The notes beneath the pieces were generated by a model. The model made no database searches. It was given only the letters and a program-made list of their open reading frames with translations, and was not told the origin of the DNA. The translations under genes were made by a program, and so were the position numbers. A stretch of 64,000 nt of DNA from positions 15,956,936 through 16,020,935 of the forward strand of contig JAHRHZ010000078.1 of NCBI GenBank assembly GCA_024137785.1. Reading direction: 5' to 3'. The DNA is from Ginglymostoma cirratum (lineage: Eukaryota). This document shows, in pieces, positions 28,250 through 41,229 of this stretch. How positions within the stretch are numbered: position 1 is the stretch's first letter; each line of letters begins with the position of its first letter.

Positions 28250-28582
28250 AGACTGCCTCACAGCGCCAGGGACTTGGGTTTGATTCCACCTTCAGGTGAC
28301 TTCTGTGTGGAGTTTGCACATTCTGTCCATGTCTGTGTGGGTTTCTTCCAGGTGCTCCAGTTTCCTCTCACAGTCCAAAGATGTGCAGGTTAGGGTGGAA
28401 TCCCCTTGTTAAATTGTCCATAGTGTCCAGGGATGTGTAGGTTATTTGGATTAGCCATGGAGAATGCAGGTTTACAGGGATAGGGTTGAGGGTGAGTCTG
28501 GATGGGATGTTCTTCAGAGGCTTGGCGTGGGCTCAATGGACTGAATGGCCTGCTTCCACACTATAGGGTTTCTATGATTCTG
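28250..28582 (+). mobile_element. HE1-type (V-SINE) tRNA-derived SINE, 5' truncated
   Basis: ctgcctcacagcgccagggac..gtgtggagtttgcacattct..gggtttc..cagtccaaagatgtgcaggttagg with CR1-like tail (aatggcctgcttccacact..ttctatgattct). Homologous to 62633-62927. Confidence 0.85.
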
Positions 28583-29389
28583 TGATGGGAATGCTACATT
28601 ACATAGGTGTCCTGTTACCTGTCCTCTGACACTCTAGTGCAGATGTGAATGCAGCTCCTGGAACACTTACATATGATAGTTTGTTCTTTGTTAATTGGTT
28701 CCTAATGCTTTGCAGATAATACAATAATATAAAACATCTCTCTCTTTCTTCAAAATGTAGTGCCCCAATATCAGAAGTGTTCCAGTCATTTTAATTTTCA
28801 AACCTCAAAAGGATTATCAATTGACCCATTTTTGGAAATAAACTGAAGCCCTTTCTGGATGTAATCTTTTCAAAAAATATTTTTCAAACTATCAGTAAGG
28901 TGATTAGATAGCGAGCTCTGATTTTGCAGAGTTGGTATTTTTTGTTCTCAGTGGTGAGTTGGCATGCTGCACAGGTAATGTGCAGAGTCATCTTTGATTG
29001 CTGTCAGTGTTGTCTCCCTGGATAGCAGTGTTTCCATTGTCATTGTTGATGGTCTTTTCTGTTTTTCCAGCTCAGGTGTAGATTGAATATGCACTCTGTT
29101 TCTTCTCATTTGCATGCTGATTTTAGTCTTCATTATGTATGACATTGGCACTCAGATTAGGAAACCGCTACAGTCTTTTACAGTTGGATCCTGTACATGT
29201 ACATTTACCCTATCAACAGCCCAGGCAATAATTTGGCATGCTTGTTGAACTACTGACTAAATTTGTCCTACATGATACTATGGTCTGGATATCATCTCTT
29301 TTTGCTCTGTGTTCCTGTACTTCTGGCATACATTACATCATATTTTTAATGCCCTTGGAAATGAATATCCAATACAGAGCTGATCAGTC

Positions 29390-30975
29390 TTGGAGCTTAC
29401 ATTTCTCTATCCTTCTCCTGAGGTTCCCATCATCACAGATGCCAATATTCAGCCAATTCAATTCACTCCATGTGATGGCAAGAAATGCTTGAAGGCATTG
29501 GATACTAAAAAAATTATGGGTCCCAACAATATTTTGGCAATAGCACTGAAAACTTATGCTGAAAAATTAGCCATGCCACTAGCTAAACTGCTCCAGTAAA
29601 GCTACAACACTGGCATTTACCCAGCAATATAGATTTTTGCCCCAGTATGTCCTGTCCACAAAGAAATAGGCCAAATTAAACATAACCAGTTACCACCCCT
29701 ATCAGACTGCACATTAGCAAAGTGATGGAAGGTGTTATCAACAATGCTATCAAGGAAAGTTTACTTAACATTAATATGCTCATTGATGACTAGTTTGGGT
29801 TCTGCCAGGCTAACTCAGCTCCTGATCTCTTTACATGAGCTGATCCAAGCATTGACAAAAATAAGCTGAACTCACTCAAGGTGCCCGCCCCTGAAATCAA
29901 GACAGTATTCGAATGAGTGTGGCATTAAGAACACCTACAAAAACTGGATGGAGACATTGAGTGTCATGGGAAAAGCTCTGTGCTTTTGGAATCATACATT
30001 GCACTAAGGAAGATGGTTACAGTTGTTGGAGGTCAATCATTTCAGTTTATCACTGCAGGAGTTTCTCAGGCTACTGTCCGAGACACAAACATCTTGAGCT
30101 GCTTTATCAATGACCTACCACAATGTTGCTCAGACACAAATAGCTCTGTTCATACACAGAAAGATCTCATTTGGGCTAACAAGTGAGAAATACCAATTCA
30201 CACCAGATATGTGCCAGTCACTGTTCATCTCCAGCAAGAGAAAAGCCAATCATCGCCCCTTGACATTCAATGCTATTGAAGTTGTTGAATTTCCTACTAT
30301 CAACATCCTAGCAGCTTACCACCAAAGAGAAACTCAACTGCACCAGCCATATAAATACTGTGGCTACAAGAGCAAGTCAAAGCCTGGGAATTTTGTGGTG
30401 AGTAACTCACATCCTCATAACTCACAGCTTGTCTATCATTTGTAAGGCACAGGTCAGAAGTGTAACAGAATTTAATCCAATTGCCTGGGTAAATATAGCT
30501 TTAGCAGCACTCAAGAAAGTATCAATGCCATCCAGGAGAAAGCAGTGTGTTTGATTGATAGCCTCTCTAACACCTTCAACAATCACTCCCTCCATCATCA
30601 ATATACCATGACAGTAGTTTGTACCATATATATGATGCACTGCAACAATTTAACAAGGTTCCTTCAATAGCCCCTTCCAAATCCATAACTTCTGTCACCT
30701 AGAAGGATTAGGACAGTGGTATATAGGGAAGCTATCACCTGCAAATTCCCCTCCAAGCCACACATCATGCCGACTTTGAAATGTATCACCATTCCTTCCA
30801 ATTTTGGGTCAAAATCCTGGAACTCCATCGTAACAGCAATATGGATTTTTCTACACCACGGGATCTACAGTGGTTCAAGAAGAAAAGTAACCGCCATCTT
30901 CCCAAAGGTAACTAGGGAGAGCGTTAAATGCTGACCCAGTCAATGATGCCCACATCCTGTGAACGAATGAAGAAA
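29390..30975 (+). mobile_element. Decayed CR1/L2-clade LINE (RT region to 3' tail)
   Basis: IQPIQFTPCDGKKCLKALDTKKIMGPNNILAIALKTYAEKLAMPLAKLLQ and ITAGVSQ..ILSCFINDLP are LINE RT segments. Many stops and frameshifts. 3' tail gatgcccacatcctgtgaacgaatgaagaaaa. Confidence 0.85.
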
Positions 30976-31574
30976 ATCCCCATATAGATCCTCTTGCATC
31001 TTCTGGAGAAGTTCCTCATGTACTATTTTCGGTCTGATAATTCTGGATGAGATTAGCAGTAGCATTATCTTCCAGTGAGATGCTATCTCTGATAGACAGG
31101 TCTAGCTGTATTGCTAGCTGTGTTTACCTTATTGAATCAGACCATCCTTGGATCTCTCACTGAGAAAGCATTTATAGCTTCTCACCTTTGCTGGTCTCAC
31201 CTCCAATTTGATCCTGTTTTGGTGTTTTATACTCATTAGGTTATAAATATTTACACGTGTATCTTCTATCATATGTTACTCCTGTAGTGACAACTGAGGT
31301 AGGGTATCTGCCAGCACCATTTCTCTTTCTGGCTTGTTTTCAGAGTCCAATTGTAATATTGAAACCTCAAGAGGAACTGCTGTCTTGCTAGCACTTTACA
31401 AAAAATTTTCTTTCCGATCTGTGGATGATCACTCTCTGCTAAGAACTATCCACCTTAGAGATATGTTTGGAACTTCTCACATCCATTCACAACTGCCTAA
31501 AGCTCTTTTTCCGTATTGGCTTATCTGGTCTCAGCTGAGGTTAGTGCTCTCTCTAGGCCTCTTAGTATTGTCTC

Positions 31575-33055
31575 AATAAGTCTCAATCAGATCCACGCAC
31601 CCCCCCCCCCCCCCCCCCCCAATCCTTCGAAACTCCAAGTTCAGGTCCAGAGTCCTTAACCACTCCTCATATGACAAGTCCTTCATCTTGGGATCATTCT
31701 TGTATACCTTCTCTGGACTTCCTCCAAGGACAGCACATCCTTCCTTAGTGATGGGATCCAAAACTGTTCACAATCTTTCAAATCTGTCCAGAGCCTTATA
31801 CAGCCTCAGCAGTACACCTCTGCTCTTGTTTTCTAGCCCTCTTGAAGTGAATGCCAACATTGTGTTTGTCATCCTAAATGCCAACTGGACCTACATCTTA
31901 GCCTTAAGAGAGTTCTAAACTAGAACTCGCAAGTTCCTTTATGCTTCAGATTTATGAAGCTTTTCCTGACTTAGAAAATAGTCTGCACCTCTATTCTTCC
32001 TACCGAAGTGCATAACCTCACATTTCCCTGCATCGTATTCCATCTGCCATTTTTTGCCGACTCACCTAGACAGTCCAAGTCTTTCTGCAGTCTCCCCACT
32101 TCCTCAACACTACCTGTCTCTCCACCTATCTTTGTGCCATCTGCAAACTTAGCAACAATGCCCTCAGTTCTTCATTCAGATCATTAATGTATAATATGAA
32201 TGGTTGTGATCCCAATACTGACCCCTGCGGAACTCCATTAGTCACTGGCTGCCATCCTGAAAAAGATCCATTTATCCCAATGTCTGCCTTCTGCTAGGTA
32301 GCCAATTCTCTATCTATGCCAATATCTTGCCCCTAATACCATGGGCTCTTTCTTATTTAGCAGTCTCATGTGTGACGCTTGTCAAAGGCCTTCTGGAAGT
32401 CTTCCACTGGCTCTCCTTTGTCTAACTTGCTCATAACCTCTTCAAATTATTCTAACAGGTTTGTCAGGAATAACCTCCCTTGACAAAAAAACTGACTCAG
32501 CCCTATGTTATCGTGCACTTCCACAATCTCATCTTTAACTAATGGTCTCTAAAATCTTACTAATGACTGAAGTCAGACTAACCAGCCTATTATTTCCTGT
32601 ATTTGGCCACCCTCTTCTTAAATTGGAGTGCTGTATTAGTCATTTTCCAGTCCTCTGAACCCTCCCTGACTTCTGTGGTTCCTGAATGATCACCACCAAT
32701 GTTTCCAAAATGCCTTCAGCTACCTCCTTCACAACTCTGGGGTGTAGTTCATCTGGTGCAGGTAATTTGTCCACCTTTAGATCTTTCAGCTTCCCCAGCA
32801 CCTTCTCCTTAGTGATGCCACTTACTAGCCTCTGCCCCCAACTCTCTTGAAGTTCTGGTGTGTTATTGACATCTTCCACCATAGAGTCTAATGCAAAGTA
32901 CCTATTCACTTCCTCCTTCATTTCTTTGTCCCCATTACTACTTCTCCAGCGTCATTTCCCCGTGGTCCATTGTCCACTTTTGCCACATTTTATATAACTA
33001 TAAAGAAAACTCTTGCAATTTTCTTTTATATCACTAGCTAGCTTACCCTTATATT
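31575..33055 (-). mobile_element. CR1 LINE ORF2 fragment
   Basis: Minus ORFs ITKEKVLGKLKDLKVDKLPAPDELHPRVVKEVAEGI and MKDLSYEEWLRTLDL. VAKFADGTK (FADD-derived) near 32130-32155. Confidence 0.88.
31600..31620. repeat. Poly-C homopolymer (~21 nt) within CR1
   Basis: Run of C seen directly. Confidence 0.9.
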
Positions 33056-33278
33056 GATGAAAGAAGTTGGAGAATGCATCAACCTTAAGCAAAAAGGATC
33101 TAACTGTACAAAGATGAATGACCGGCCAGATGATTAGTCAGAATGTAAAGAACAGCAAAGAATGACTAAAATGTTAATCAGGACAAAGAAATCAAAGTAC
33201 GAGATGAGGACTGCTACAAATATAAAATTGAACAGCAAGACCTTCTGCAGGTACCTGAAAAGGAAAGGAGTAAGTAAA

Positions 33279-33414
33279 TTTTTTTCTGAAGAAGGATCTA
33301 GGCCCAAAACGTCAGCTTTTCTGCTCCTCTGATGCTGCTTGGCCTGCTGTGTTCGCCCAGCTCTACGCCTTGTAATCTCAGATTCTCGAGCATCTGCAGT
33401 TCCAACTATCTCTC
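33279..33414 (+). mobile_element. Penelope-derived short insertion (pLTR) with degenerate hammerhead core
   Basis: CTGAAGAAGGATCTAGGCCCAAAACGTC at 33286-33313. Flanked by direct repeat AAGTAAA (33272-33278 and 33415-33421). Confidence 0.75.
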
Positions 33415-34212
33415 AAGTAAAATTAGTGTTGGTTATCTAGAGCGTGAGAATGGGATATCAGTAATAAATAGTATGGAAATGATGGATGAAATGTACAAAT
33501 ATTTTGCTTCTTTCTTGACACAAAGAAATCCCAGTAACAACTGCGAATTACAGGTAGATGGATGAGAAGAATTTAGTGAAATTACAACCGTCAGGGAAAC
33601 GATGCTGAGCAAAATGGTAGAGTCTGGGGTGACAAGTCTCTAGCTCCAGTCTTAAAAGAGGTGACTATGGAGGTATTGGATGTGTTGGTGTTAATTTTCT
33701 GAAACTTCTTATATTCAAAGAAGATTCCATCAGACTGGAATGTAACAAATATAACCTCTCTATTCAAGTTGGGTGGGAGGTAGAAAACAGAAAACTAAAG
33801 GCCAGTTAGCTTGAGGTCTGTTATGGAGAGGTCAGAATTGATCGTTCAATGAGTCATAGCTGCGCACTCAGAAAATTACAGGAGTATTGCAAAGATGCAA
33901 CATCACTTCCTGAAGTGGAAATCATGTTCAACCAATTTATTAGACTTTTATGAAAGAATAATGTGCTATGATATAGATGAGCTGGCAGATGTACTGTACT
34001 TGGATTTCAGAAGACATTGGATAAGGTTCTACATTGAAGAATATTGTGGGAAATAAGGGGAGTGAAGGTAGCTAAATTTGCAGATGACACAAAGATAGAT
34101 GGGAAAGTATGCTGTGAAGAAGGACTGAAGGGTCTGTTTCCGTGCTGTCTGACACAAGAGCATTTGAAAATGACATGTACACAGCTGAGTGAATGGTCAA
34201 ATAACTGGCAGT

Positions 34213-34376
34213 CAGTGCTCCCTCTAATTTTCTTTCTGGCTGTGTGGACCTTCAAGGTCCATGCATTATATCAATATCTCGAACAGGAAGTCAATGCTGC
34301 AGTCAGTGTGCCATGCCAATTGCATGCTTGGAACGTTGAAGTGGCTGCATATGTGTGCAGCTTAGAGGGAATGTTG
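34213..34376. mobile_element. hAT-type MITE
   Basis: TIRs CAGTGCTCCCTCTAA and TTAGAGGGAATGTTG. 8-bp TSD CTGGCAGT (34205-34212) / CTGGCAGA (34377-34384). Confidence 0.75.
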
Positions 34377-36744
34377 CTGGCAGATAGGTAATGTCACAAA
34401 ATCTGAAGTTGTTCATTTTGGCAGGGAGATTGAAAAAGCAGTGTATTACTTAAACAGAGAAGGACAGCAGAAAACCCAAGGCCCAGATGGATACAGGGAT
34501 CCTGAAGGTCACCAGAGGCTAGAATGTACGAACTGCATGTAATCAAAAAGGCTAATGGGATGCTATCCTTTGTTACAAGAGAAGCTGAATTTAAAAGTAA
34601 GGATGTTATACTTCAGTCATACACGGTATTGATAGGACAACATCTCAATACTGAACCTTGAATCATTGCAGGACTTTTAAAAAGTCCAAATCGGCTGCTT
34701 AATTTGTTAATCAGACTGACACGAAATGCATTACTTAAGTTCAAGACCTTCCTTCTTTCTGTGACAAACTGCTGTCCTCTTTGAACGAAAGATTCCAACA
34801 TCTGCCCTTGGCCTGTTTGCATGTTCAGAGCATGAACCGAAATTTAGCAGCGATCCGATTTAACTGACTAACACCATATTTACTGTCTGGTATGCCCTGT
34901 CTTTAGCCAAAAACAATTATAGACATGTCATTTGTATGTCTGAAAGCAGTCCGAGCATGCTTGCTGCAGGTTTCAGCAAATCAGAATATCAAAGAGAAAT
35001 TTTATGCTGTACGTCCTCTGTGTACTTTGGGAGCACACACCTGCGATATTAGACACCCCCAGACTGTGATTTCCCATCCATACATTTTTAATTATCTATC
35101 GTCGGGCTGTGGTTGATGTTGTCCTCAGTCAATGATTTGTGCTGCTTCTCTTCCTGCTGCCTTCCAAGGATCATTTACAATGCAAAGTTGCTTGCTCAGG
35201 AAGACTGTTCGTACACATTTGTGTTAAACGCCATGCTGTTTGATTCTTTTTTTCTGGCAGCAAAATATTTAATAGGTTGTTGTAAATGTGTTAATGAGTG
35301 TGCCAATGCATCAGCTGGGCACTATTACTGGCATCTTGTCTTTCAGTCAAAAAGATTCTTGTCCATTATAAATTGACAGTCCAATCCAGCGCTGAGCGAG
35401 TGCTGCACTGTTGGAAGACTGCCCTTTGGATAAAACATTTAACTCCAATTTCTATGATGAAGCGCTCTGATGAATCATTTAAAAAATATTCCACAACAAA
35501 ACTCACCAACCATCTCTGAATCTAGAGAACAGGACTGCAAAAGCAGACATTAATCAGAGTGCACAGAAGCCATTTCTAACATTTACTGGTTGCATGACAT
35601 GTGACTTCAAAATTCTGCCCTCCGCCCATAATTGATCCAATACATACAAACATGGAACTGTTGCACTTTGAGAATATGACCAATTATTAAATCCTATTAA
35701 TGCAACGTAATCAATCTTTCACTTAAAGTCTGGTAATAATGTAATTGGAAGTAATATGCTGCAATACGAATGTGTTAATATTACTCCAACTGAATTTGCA
35801 CTCAAGGATCAGCTGGAATTGACCAGTAAACTGTAATTAAATATTCCAAAGGCAATATGAATCTCAATAATAAAAGGTTAACACTTTATGATTGTCCTTT
35901 GAGACTAGTTTCCATTAAACCTACTCTATCTGTAGCTTTATGTACTTATACATCATGAATGGAATGTTGGAATGCATTGTTATTTGGAAGGGAGTCTGGC
36001 TCTTGTAGCATTCTCTATTGAATTTTAGTTTCTCAATATTTGTAGATGATTGTTACATTCCTTCATGTTGTTTTACTGTATATTTAACAAAGAATAAGTT
36101 GCTGTAGACTGAGGAAGTTCTGTACACATTATATTTCATAACTGGTGTAATGACTCGTTATGGCTTAATTAGAGATGGATGTGCATGGAGCCACAACACA
36201 TGTCTGCAATTCATCTGCAACCCCCCACCCCCCACCAATCAACCCCCGCATCGACTGTTGGTAAAATATTTACCAGCTACACTCTTCTTTCTGTTCATGA
36301 AGAAAGACAAGGGAGGCAGGATAAGGTGACTGCATGGGTGGGGAGGTATAGAGGATCAGTGGGTGTGATTCAAGGGTATATAGTACTCATGGAGTACACC
36401 AATACCAAGACAATGTAAATCACACAATGAACTGACACATTGAGAAAAGAGGCAGATACCTGATTCAGTAGGAAATAGAAGGACATGGGCTTCGTGCCAA
36501 AGAGGTGAAAATAGGCTGAATAGGGCCTGAACATGGAACTGAGCAATGGGTAAGCTGACTGAGCTATAAGGTTGTATCAGAGATATTTTCTAGTTTGAAC
36601 ATTCCTGTGTGTTCTTGTCCACCTCATTTATATTATGCAAAGTTTTCTCTAACAAAATAAGATAGTTTTGATAACCGCCATTAACTGCAAGAGAAAAGTT
36701 TGAACAAATTACACACTGAAGAGAAGTGTAAAGAAGGAACTGAC

Positions 36745-37198
36745 ATTCATATATCAGCTTTCATGACTTCCAGAGACCCCCAAAGCACTTTATAGCCAAT
36801 GAGACATTTTTAACAGTGTATTTACTGTTTTAATGTAGGAAGCAGAATAACTAATTTGTATGCAGCGATGTTCTACAAACAAAGGTGAAATAAGAGACAA
36901 GGTCATCTGTTTTCATTGTTTATTAAGGGATAAATATTGATCCGGACTGAAGGACAACTATCCATAGTCTTCTTTCAATTGTGTTGTGGGATATTTCACA
37001 ATCATCAGAGATGACAGACTGGTCATGATGTAAACTCTCCACTGAATCTGAAAGCTAGCACCTTCCAAAGTGTTGTAATTCATTCAGCATCACTCTGAAG
37101 CAATACCTTAGATTAATTGTACAAGATTATGGAATGGATGTTAAACTCATAGTATTATGGCTTAGAGACCGAAGTACTGCAACTAAACCACAGCTGAC
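36745..37198 (-). mobile_element. Ancient DeuSINE/SacSINE1-like SINE
   Basis: Minus strand begins GTCAGCTGTGGTTTAGTTGCAGTAC (tRNA-like head) and ends in an L2-like tail (caaagcactttatagccaatgag on +). Family name from recall. Confidence 0.55.
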
Positions 37199-37292
37199 AT
37201 TTGCACAATAGTTCATGCATACATTTAGGCACCTTATATTTTCATTTTGCTTACGTGACCTTTTGTCTTTCGAGCCATAGCTCCCTGCCCAG

Positions 37293-38145
37293 TTTTACGA
37301 TCCCAGCTAATATTACTACTGGACAAGTCAGATCACAGAATTAACTTTGGACTGAGAGAACATATTCTGTTTTTTATCTGTTGATGTGGCAATTTCACTG
37401 AAAGTAAGTATACAGATAACATAAGCAAAGGCTGCAGATTTGCCTTTAACAACAAAATAGAAGTTTACTATGCAAAAAATAAACAAGCTACCTACATCTA
37501 GCACAGTTTGAAAGATTTTGAAACAAATAAGAAAACAAAATTCCACCTATTTCACAAAACTGTCATTTTACAGATATGCAAAAATCCAGAGCAATTCCTT
37601 TCCAATTAGTTCTATGGGTTCGACTTAACTGTTTCTTCTCAGTTCTGGTCATGTGATTTGTCAGGCTTTTTCCTTGACCATTCATAAAACTGAGAGCTTA
37701 GATTTCCTTATTTTTAATAATATACAAAGTTCTAAACAAACACTCTTGGTCTGGAAGTTTCACAAACTACCACTCTTACACTGAGGTAGCTGATTTTCTT
37801 AACTGCTCTCAACAATCTACTTTCCTAGGAAAGACTATACATACTTCTAACCACAGTCAAGTCTCCTTGAGACCAACCAAAATTTTTTAACCTAAACTTA
37901 AAAATCTCCTCAACCTAGTTCTGCTAAATTAATGGCTTACTGTTTTCATTCTTCAGTTGTAAACCCCCAGAGTACAAATTAACTTCATTAACACTTCAGA
38001 AGGCACATACTAGTTTAAAATCATGGTTTTGGAAAGAATAACCTAGTTAAGTTTTAAACACTTTACAGAAGAAAACCAACACATAGATACCACTAGTTTA
38101 AAATCCAACCTCTTAAAAAACATGATATTAACATATATTATTTCA
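37293..38145. mobile_element. Probable solo LTR, second family, interrupting an L2 fragment
   Basis: Starts TTTTACGATCCCAGC (TGTTACG-like). Its end region caacctcttaaaaaacatgatattaaca resembles the family A LTR end. L2-like sequence lies on both sides. No clear TSD. Confidence 0.4.
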
Positions 38146-38780
38146 TGCTCCTCTCAACTCTAGGCTCAAAATTCTTCAACTTGATTTTCGTTCTGTTTAC
38201 ATTACCAAGGCCCTCTTGATTAAAGTCATAACCAACATCTTCCAGAAATGCAGCTGTGGTACTTTTTTATTCATCAAGTTTGACCATTTCATTCTTTGCT
38301 ATCACCTTTCCTCTGTTATCTAATTAATTTGCCCTTCCCTCAGATAAATCCATTGGACCTTATCCATTACAGTCAGTGGTCACCAAAAATATGTTTTTGG
38401 CTCTTCTCATTTTTGTTTGCTTACTTTCCTCTGCTGGCTTCAAGCACAAAGCTTACTTCCATATCTATGCTAATGACACCTAACTCTAACTTTGCTCTGT
38501 TTCTATTATCCTTTTGATCATATCATTGCAGCAAAGCTGCTTGTTCTAATTTTCTAACATTCAAATGTGAACATGACAGTTTTTCCTCCAATTGTGCAAC
38601 AAAAGGTGGCTTTCGGCTTCACAAGAAGCATCATGCCTCTGCCATTGAAATCCATCTGTCTCATTGTCTGCCCATTTAGATGACAGCGATGTTCACATCC
38701 CAATGTCCACTTTGACCCAGAACTGAGTTTCTCCCATATCCTAACCAAGACTGCTGTCTTCGACCTTTAAAAGGGGGCCT
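38146..38780 (+). mobile_element. Highly decayed L2-like LINE fragment
   Basis: ggccctcttgattaaagtcataaccaacatc (ALIKVxND-like) and atctatgctaatgacacc (YADDT-like). Confidence 0.5.
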
Positions 38781-39320
38781 ACTATGCTTCTACGTAACCA
38801 CAATCGTTATGGTAACCTTAATCCACATTTGTCACAGGGACAGCATATCTATATGATAAAGTTATACATCTACTCGTATTTTCTTGAGATTTCCATTTGT
38901 ACCTTCTGTTTCCCAAAGTTTGATTGCTTAAGTTTTATATTTTGCATTTCTGTTGCTCATTTAGGCTGTTGAGTTACCTGTCATTGGGTTTGATTCACTG
39001 GTTGCTTTAAGAAGTAAGGAAGAGCCTATATAAAACTTCAGTAAGAGCTCAATTAGAATATTTTGTACTGTAATGACAAGGATATTGAGGCTTTAGAGAA
39101 GCTAATGTGCAGATTTATGAGAAAAAAGCATTGTAGGATAATATGAAACTAGAACATAAATTGCAAGGACTTTAAATATAGCAGATGCATTTCAACTTAT
39201 GAAAGGGTGGAACAGGGCAAATTAAAATCTACTTTTGTCAGAGTTGGAGGGGTCTAGAATTAGGGGTTGGATTACAGTGTAAATTTAAGAGATTTGGAAC
39301 AAAGAGCAAAGAGAAAATTT

Positions 39321-39655
39321 CTACCCAAGTCACTATTTATCTAGATGTGCTAATAACAGGGAAGACGAATAAGGAGCACTTAGAGAATTTGGACATAACC
39401 CGCAGTTTCTCCCAGGTAGGTGTACACCTTAGAAGGGAAAAATATTTGTTCCAAGCACTCCAAGTGACCAACTTGGGCTACAGAGTCAACAGGACTGGGT
39501 TACACCTGTTGGAAGATAAAGTGAGAGTGATCAAAGGTGTCCTGGCTCTCACATCTCGACCAGAGCTCAGGTCTTTCCTTGGGCTAGTCAGTTATCATGG
39601 AAAGTAACCTGGCCTCCATCCTGGTACCTTTGTATCAACTCTTATAAAAGGGTCA
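39321..39655 (+). mobile_element. Gypsy/Ty3 reverse transcriptase fragment
   Basis: IYLD(-)VLITGKTNKEHLENLD..GVHLRREK..LGYRVNRTGLHLLEDKVRVIK..ELRSFLGLVSYHGK. YLDD has lost one Asp codon. Confidence 0.85.
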
Positions 39656-39689
39656 GCAACAATGGAGAATAGTTACTGAACATGATTAG

Positions 39690-40072
39690 GGAGAGGTGGT
39701 AGCATTGTGGTAATGATACTAGACTACTAATACAGAGTTCCAGGTTAATGTTCTGAGGGCATTGTTTCAAATCTTATTATGGCAGATGGTGAAATTTGAA
39801 CTCTACAAAATTAAAATTCTGCAGTTACAAGCTGGTCCAACAGTGAGCGTGTAGCATTTGTCATAAAACTCAAGTGATTCACTAACAGTCATTAGGGAAA
39901 GAAATCCACTGTCCTTACCTGGCCTGGCTTACATGTGCTGCCGGGTCCATAGCAATGCAGTGGACTTTTAACTACAATGGCTTAGAAAGCCAATCAGTTC
40001 AAGGGCAACTCAGGATGGGCAGCAAAAGCCAGCCTTGCCAGTGATGTTCACAATCCATTCAAAACTAAAATA
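39690..40072 (+). mobile_element. tRNA-headed SINE sharing a 3' tail with the 29390-30975 LINE type
   Basis: Head ggtggtagcattgtggtaatgatactagactactaat. Tail gccttgccagtgatgttcacaatcc resembles the LINE tail cagtcaatgatgcccacatcc. Confidence 0.6.
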
Positions 40073-40116
40073 ATAGTACAGAGTGCAGATGCTCTACGAA
40101 ATGGTCTACATGCTCT

Positions 40117-40641
40117 GTACGAGACAAACGGCAACACCTTCCCGTCACCAGCCATTTTAACACCCCCTCCCATCCTGGGCCTCCCCTAGTGTCACAATGA
40201 CACCACTCGCACACTGGAGAACCGACACCTCATATTCCACCTCGGGAGCCTACAGCCTGCTGGCCTAAACATGGAATTCACCAGTTTCAAAATTTCCCCA
40301 CCCACAGCCTCATCCCATGTCCAACTCTCCCTCTCATCCCTGCCTCCTTGACCTGACACAACCTGTCCATCTTGTCTCCCACTTATCTGCCCCTCCCACC
40401 TCACTGACCAATCCCCACCACTCCCTACCTGAACTCACCCATCACCATCCCACCTACCTTCACCAGCCACTCCCCCTCTCTCTATTTATTTCTCAGCTCT
40501 CTTCCACCTCCCCATTTCTGAAGAAGGGTCCCGGCCCGAAATGTCAACTTTCCTGATCCTCTGATGCTGCCTGGCTTGCTTTGTTCCTTTAGCTCCACAC
40601 TGTGTTGTCTCTGACTCCAGCATCTGCATTCTTGCTATCTT
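40117..40641 (+). mobile_element. Penelope-like element 3' part (GIY-YIG C-terminus + pLTR with hammerhead core)
   Basis: VRDKRQHLPVTSHFNTPSH..TRTLENRHLIFHLGSLQPAGLNMEFTSF. CTGAAGA at 40518-40524 and GAAATGTC at 40538-40545. Confidence 0.85.
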
Positions 40642-41124
40642 TAAATTACAGGAGATGGTTTGAGCCCTCATTCAGTGGACAGCAGACTCCAGGAGGTCTA
40701 AATTAGTTATATGATGAATGGTACACCGATCGTAGACGAGTTTATATCCTGAGCACATCGTAGAAACACGTCACATCCTGCAAAAGATGGGTGCATCAAT
40801 TGGCTATACTGAGAATCAGTTTTGGCTGAGGATCCAGTTGCAATCCAACAGTAAAGCAACAAATCCTGGGTGACACAGTGCATGTTTTCATTTCCTGACC
40901 CAGGTGATTCCTTTCAGCAGGTATTCCCAACTTGACCTGCTACACAATAGATATCAGCCTTCAGCATGGCGAAAGATCCTAGAGACAGAACCCTGTTAGA
41001 CATGACTATTCTTGTCACTGTGGATCAAGTTTATTTATTAGCTATTCCTTCCAGATCTCTTAGGAGGGGCTTTAGTGTAACAAGTACCCACACTGAAATG
41101 ACTTCCTTCCACAGTACTCCATGT

Positions 41125-41212
41125 CAGAAATCACATGTCTCCAGGTTACAGTCCAATGTTGTTTGATTTCTGACTTTGTCTACCCCAATCCAACGCTGGC
41201 ACCTCCACATCA
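41125..41212 (+). mobile_element. Short Penelope-type tail of a different family
   Basis: ccaggttacagtccaa..tttctgactttgtctaccccaatccaacgctggcacctccacatca; recognised from recall only. Confidence 0.45.
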
Positions 41213-41229
41213 CAGTACTTAATGGCAGG

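Larger units (their letters stand above)
33056..34660 (+). mobile_element. Older CR1 LINE ORF2 fragment, interrupted by a Penelope tail and a hAT MITE
   Basis: KYEMRTATNIKLNSKTFCRYLKRK (~33195-33265), VLYLDFRRH, and VAKFADDTKIDGKVCCEE (~34068-34120). Confidence 0.8.

Noticed and set aside
31575-34660. Single CR1 with twin-priming inversion
   Set aside because: Both halves cover overlapping ORF2 regions and differ in decay, so two separate head-to-head insertions are more likely.
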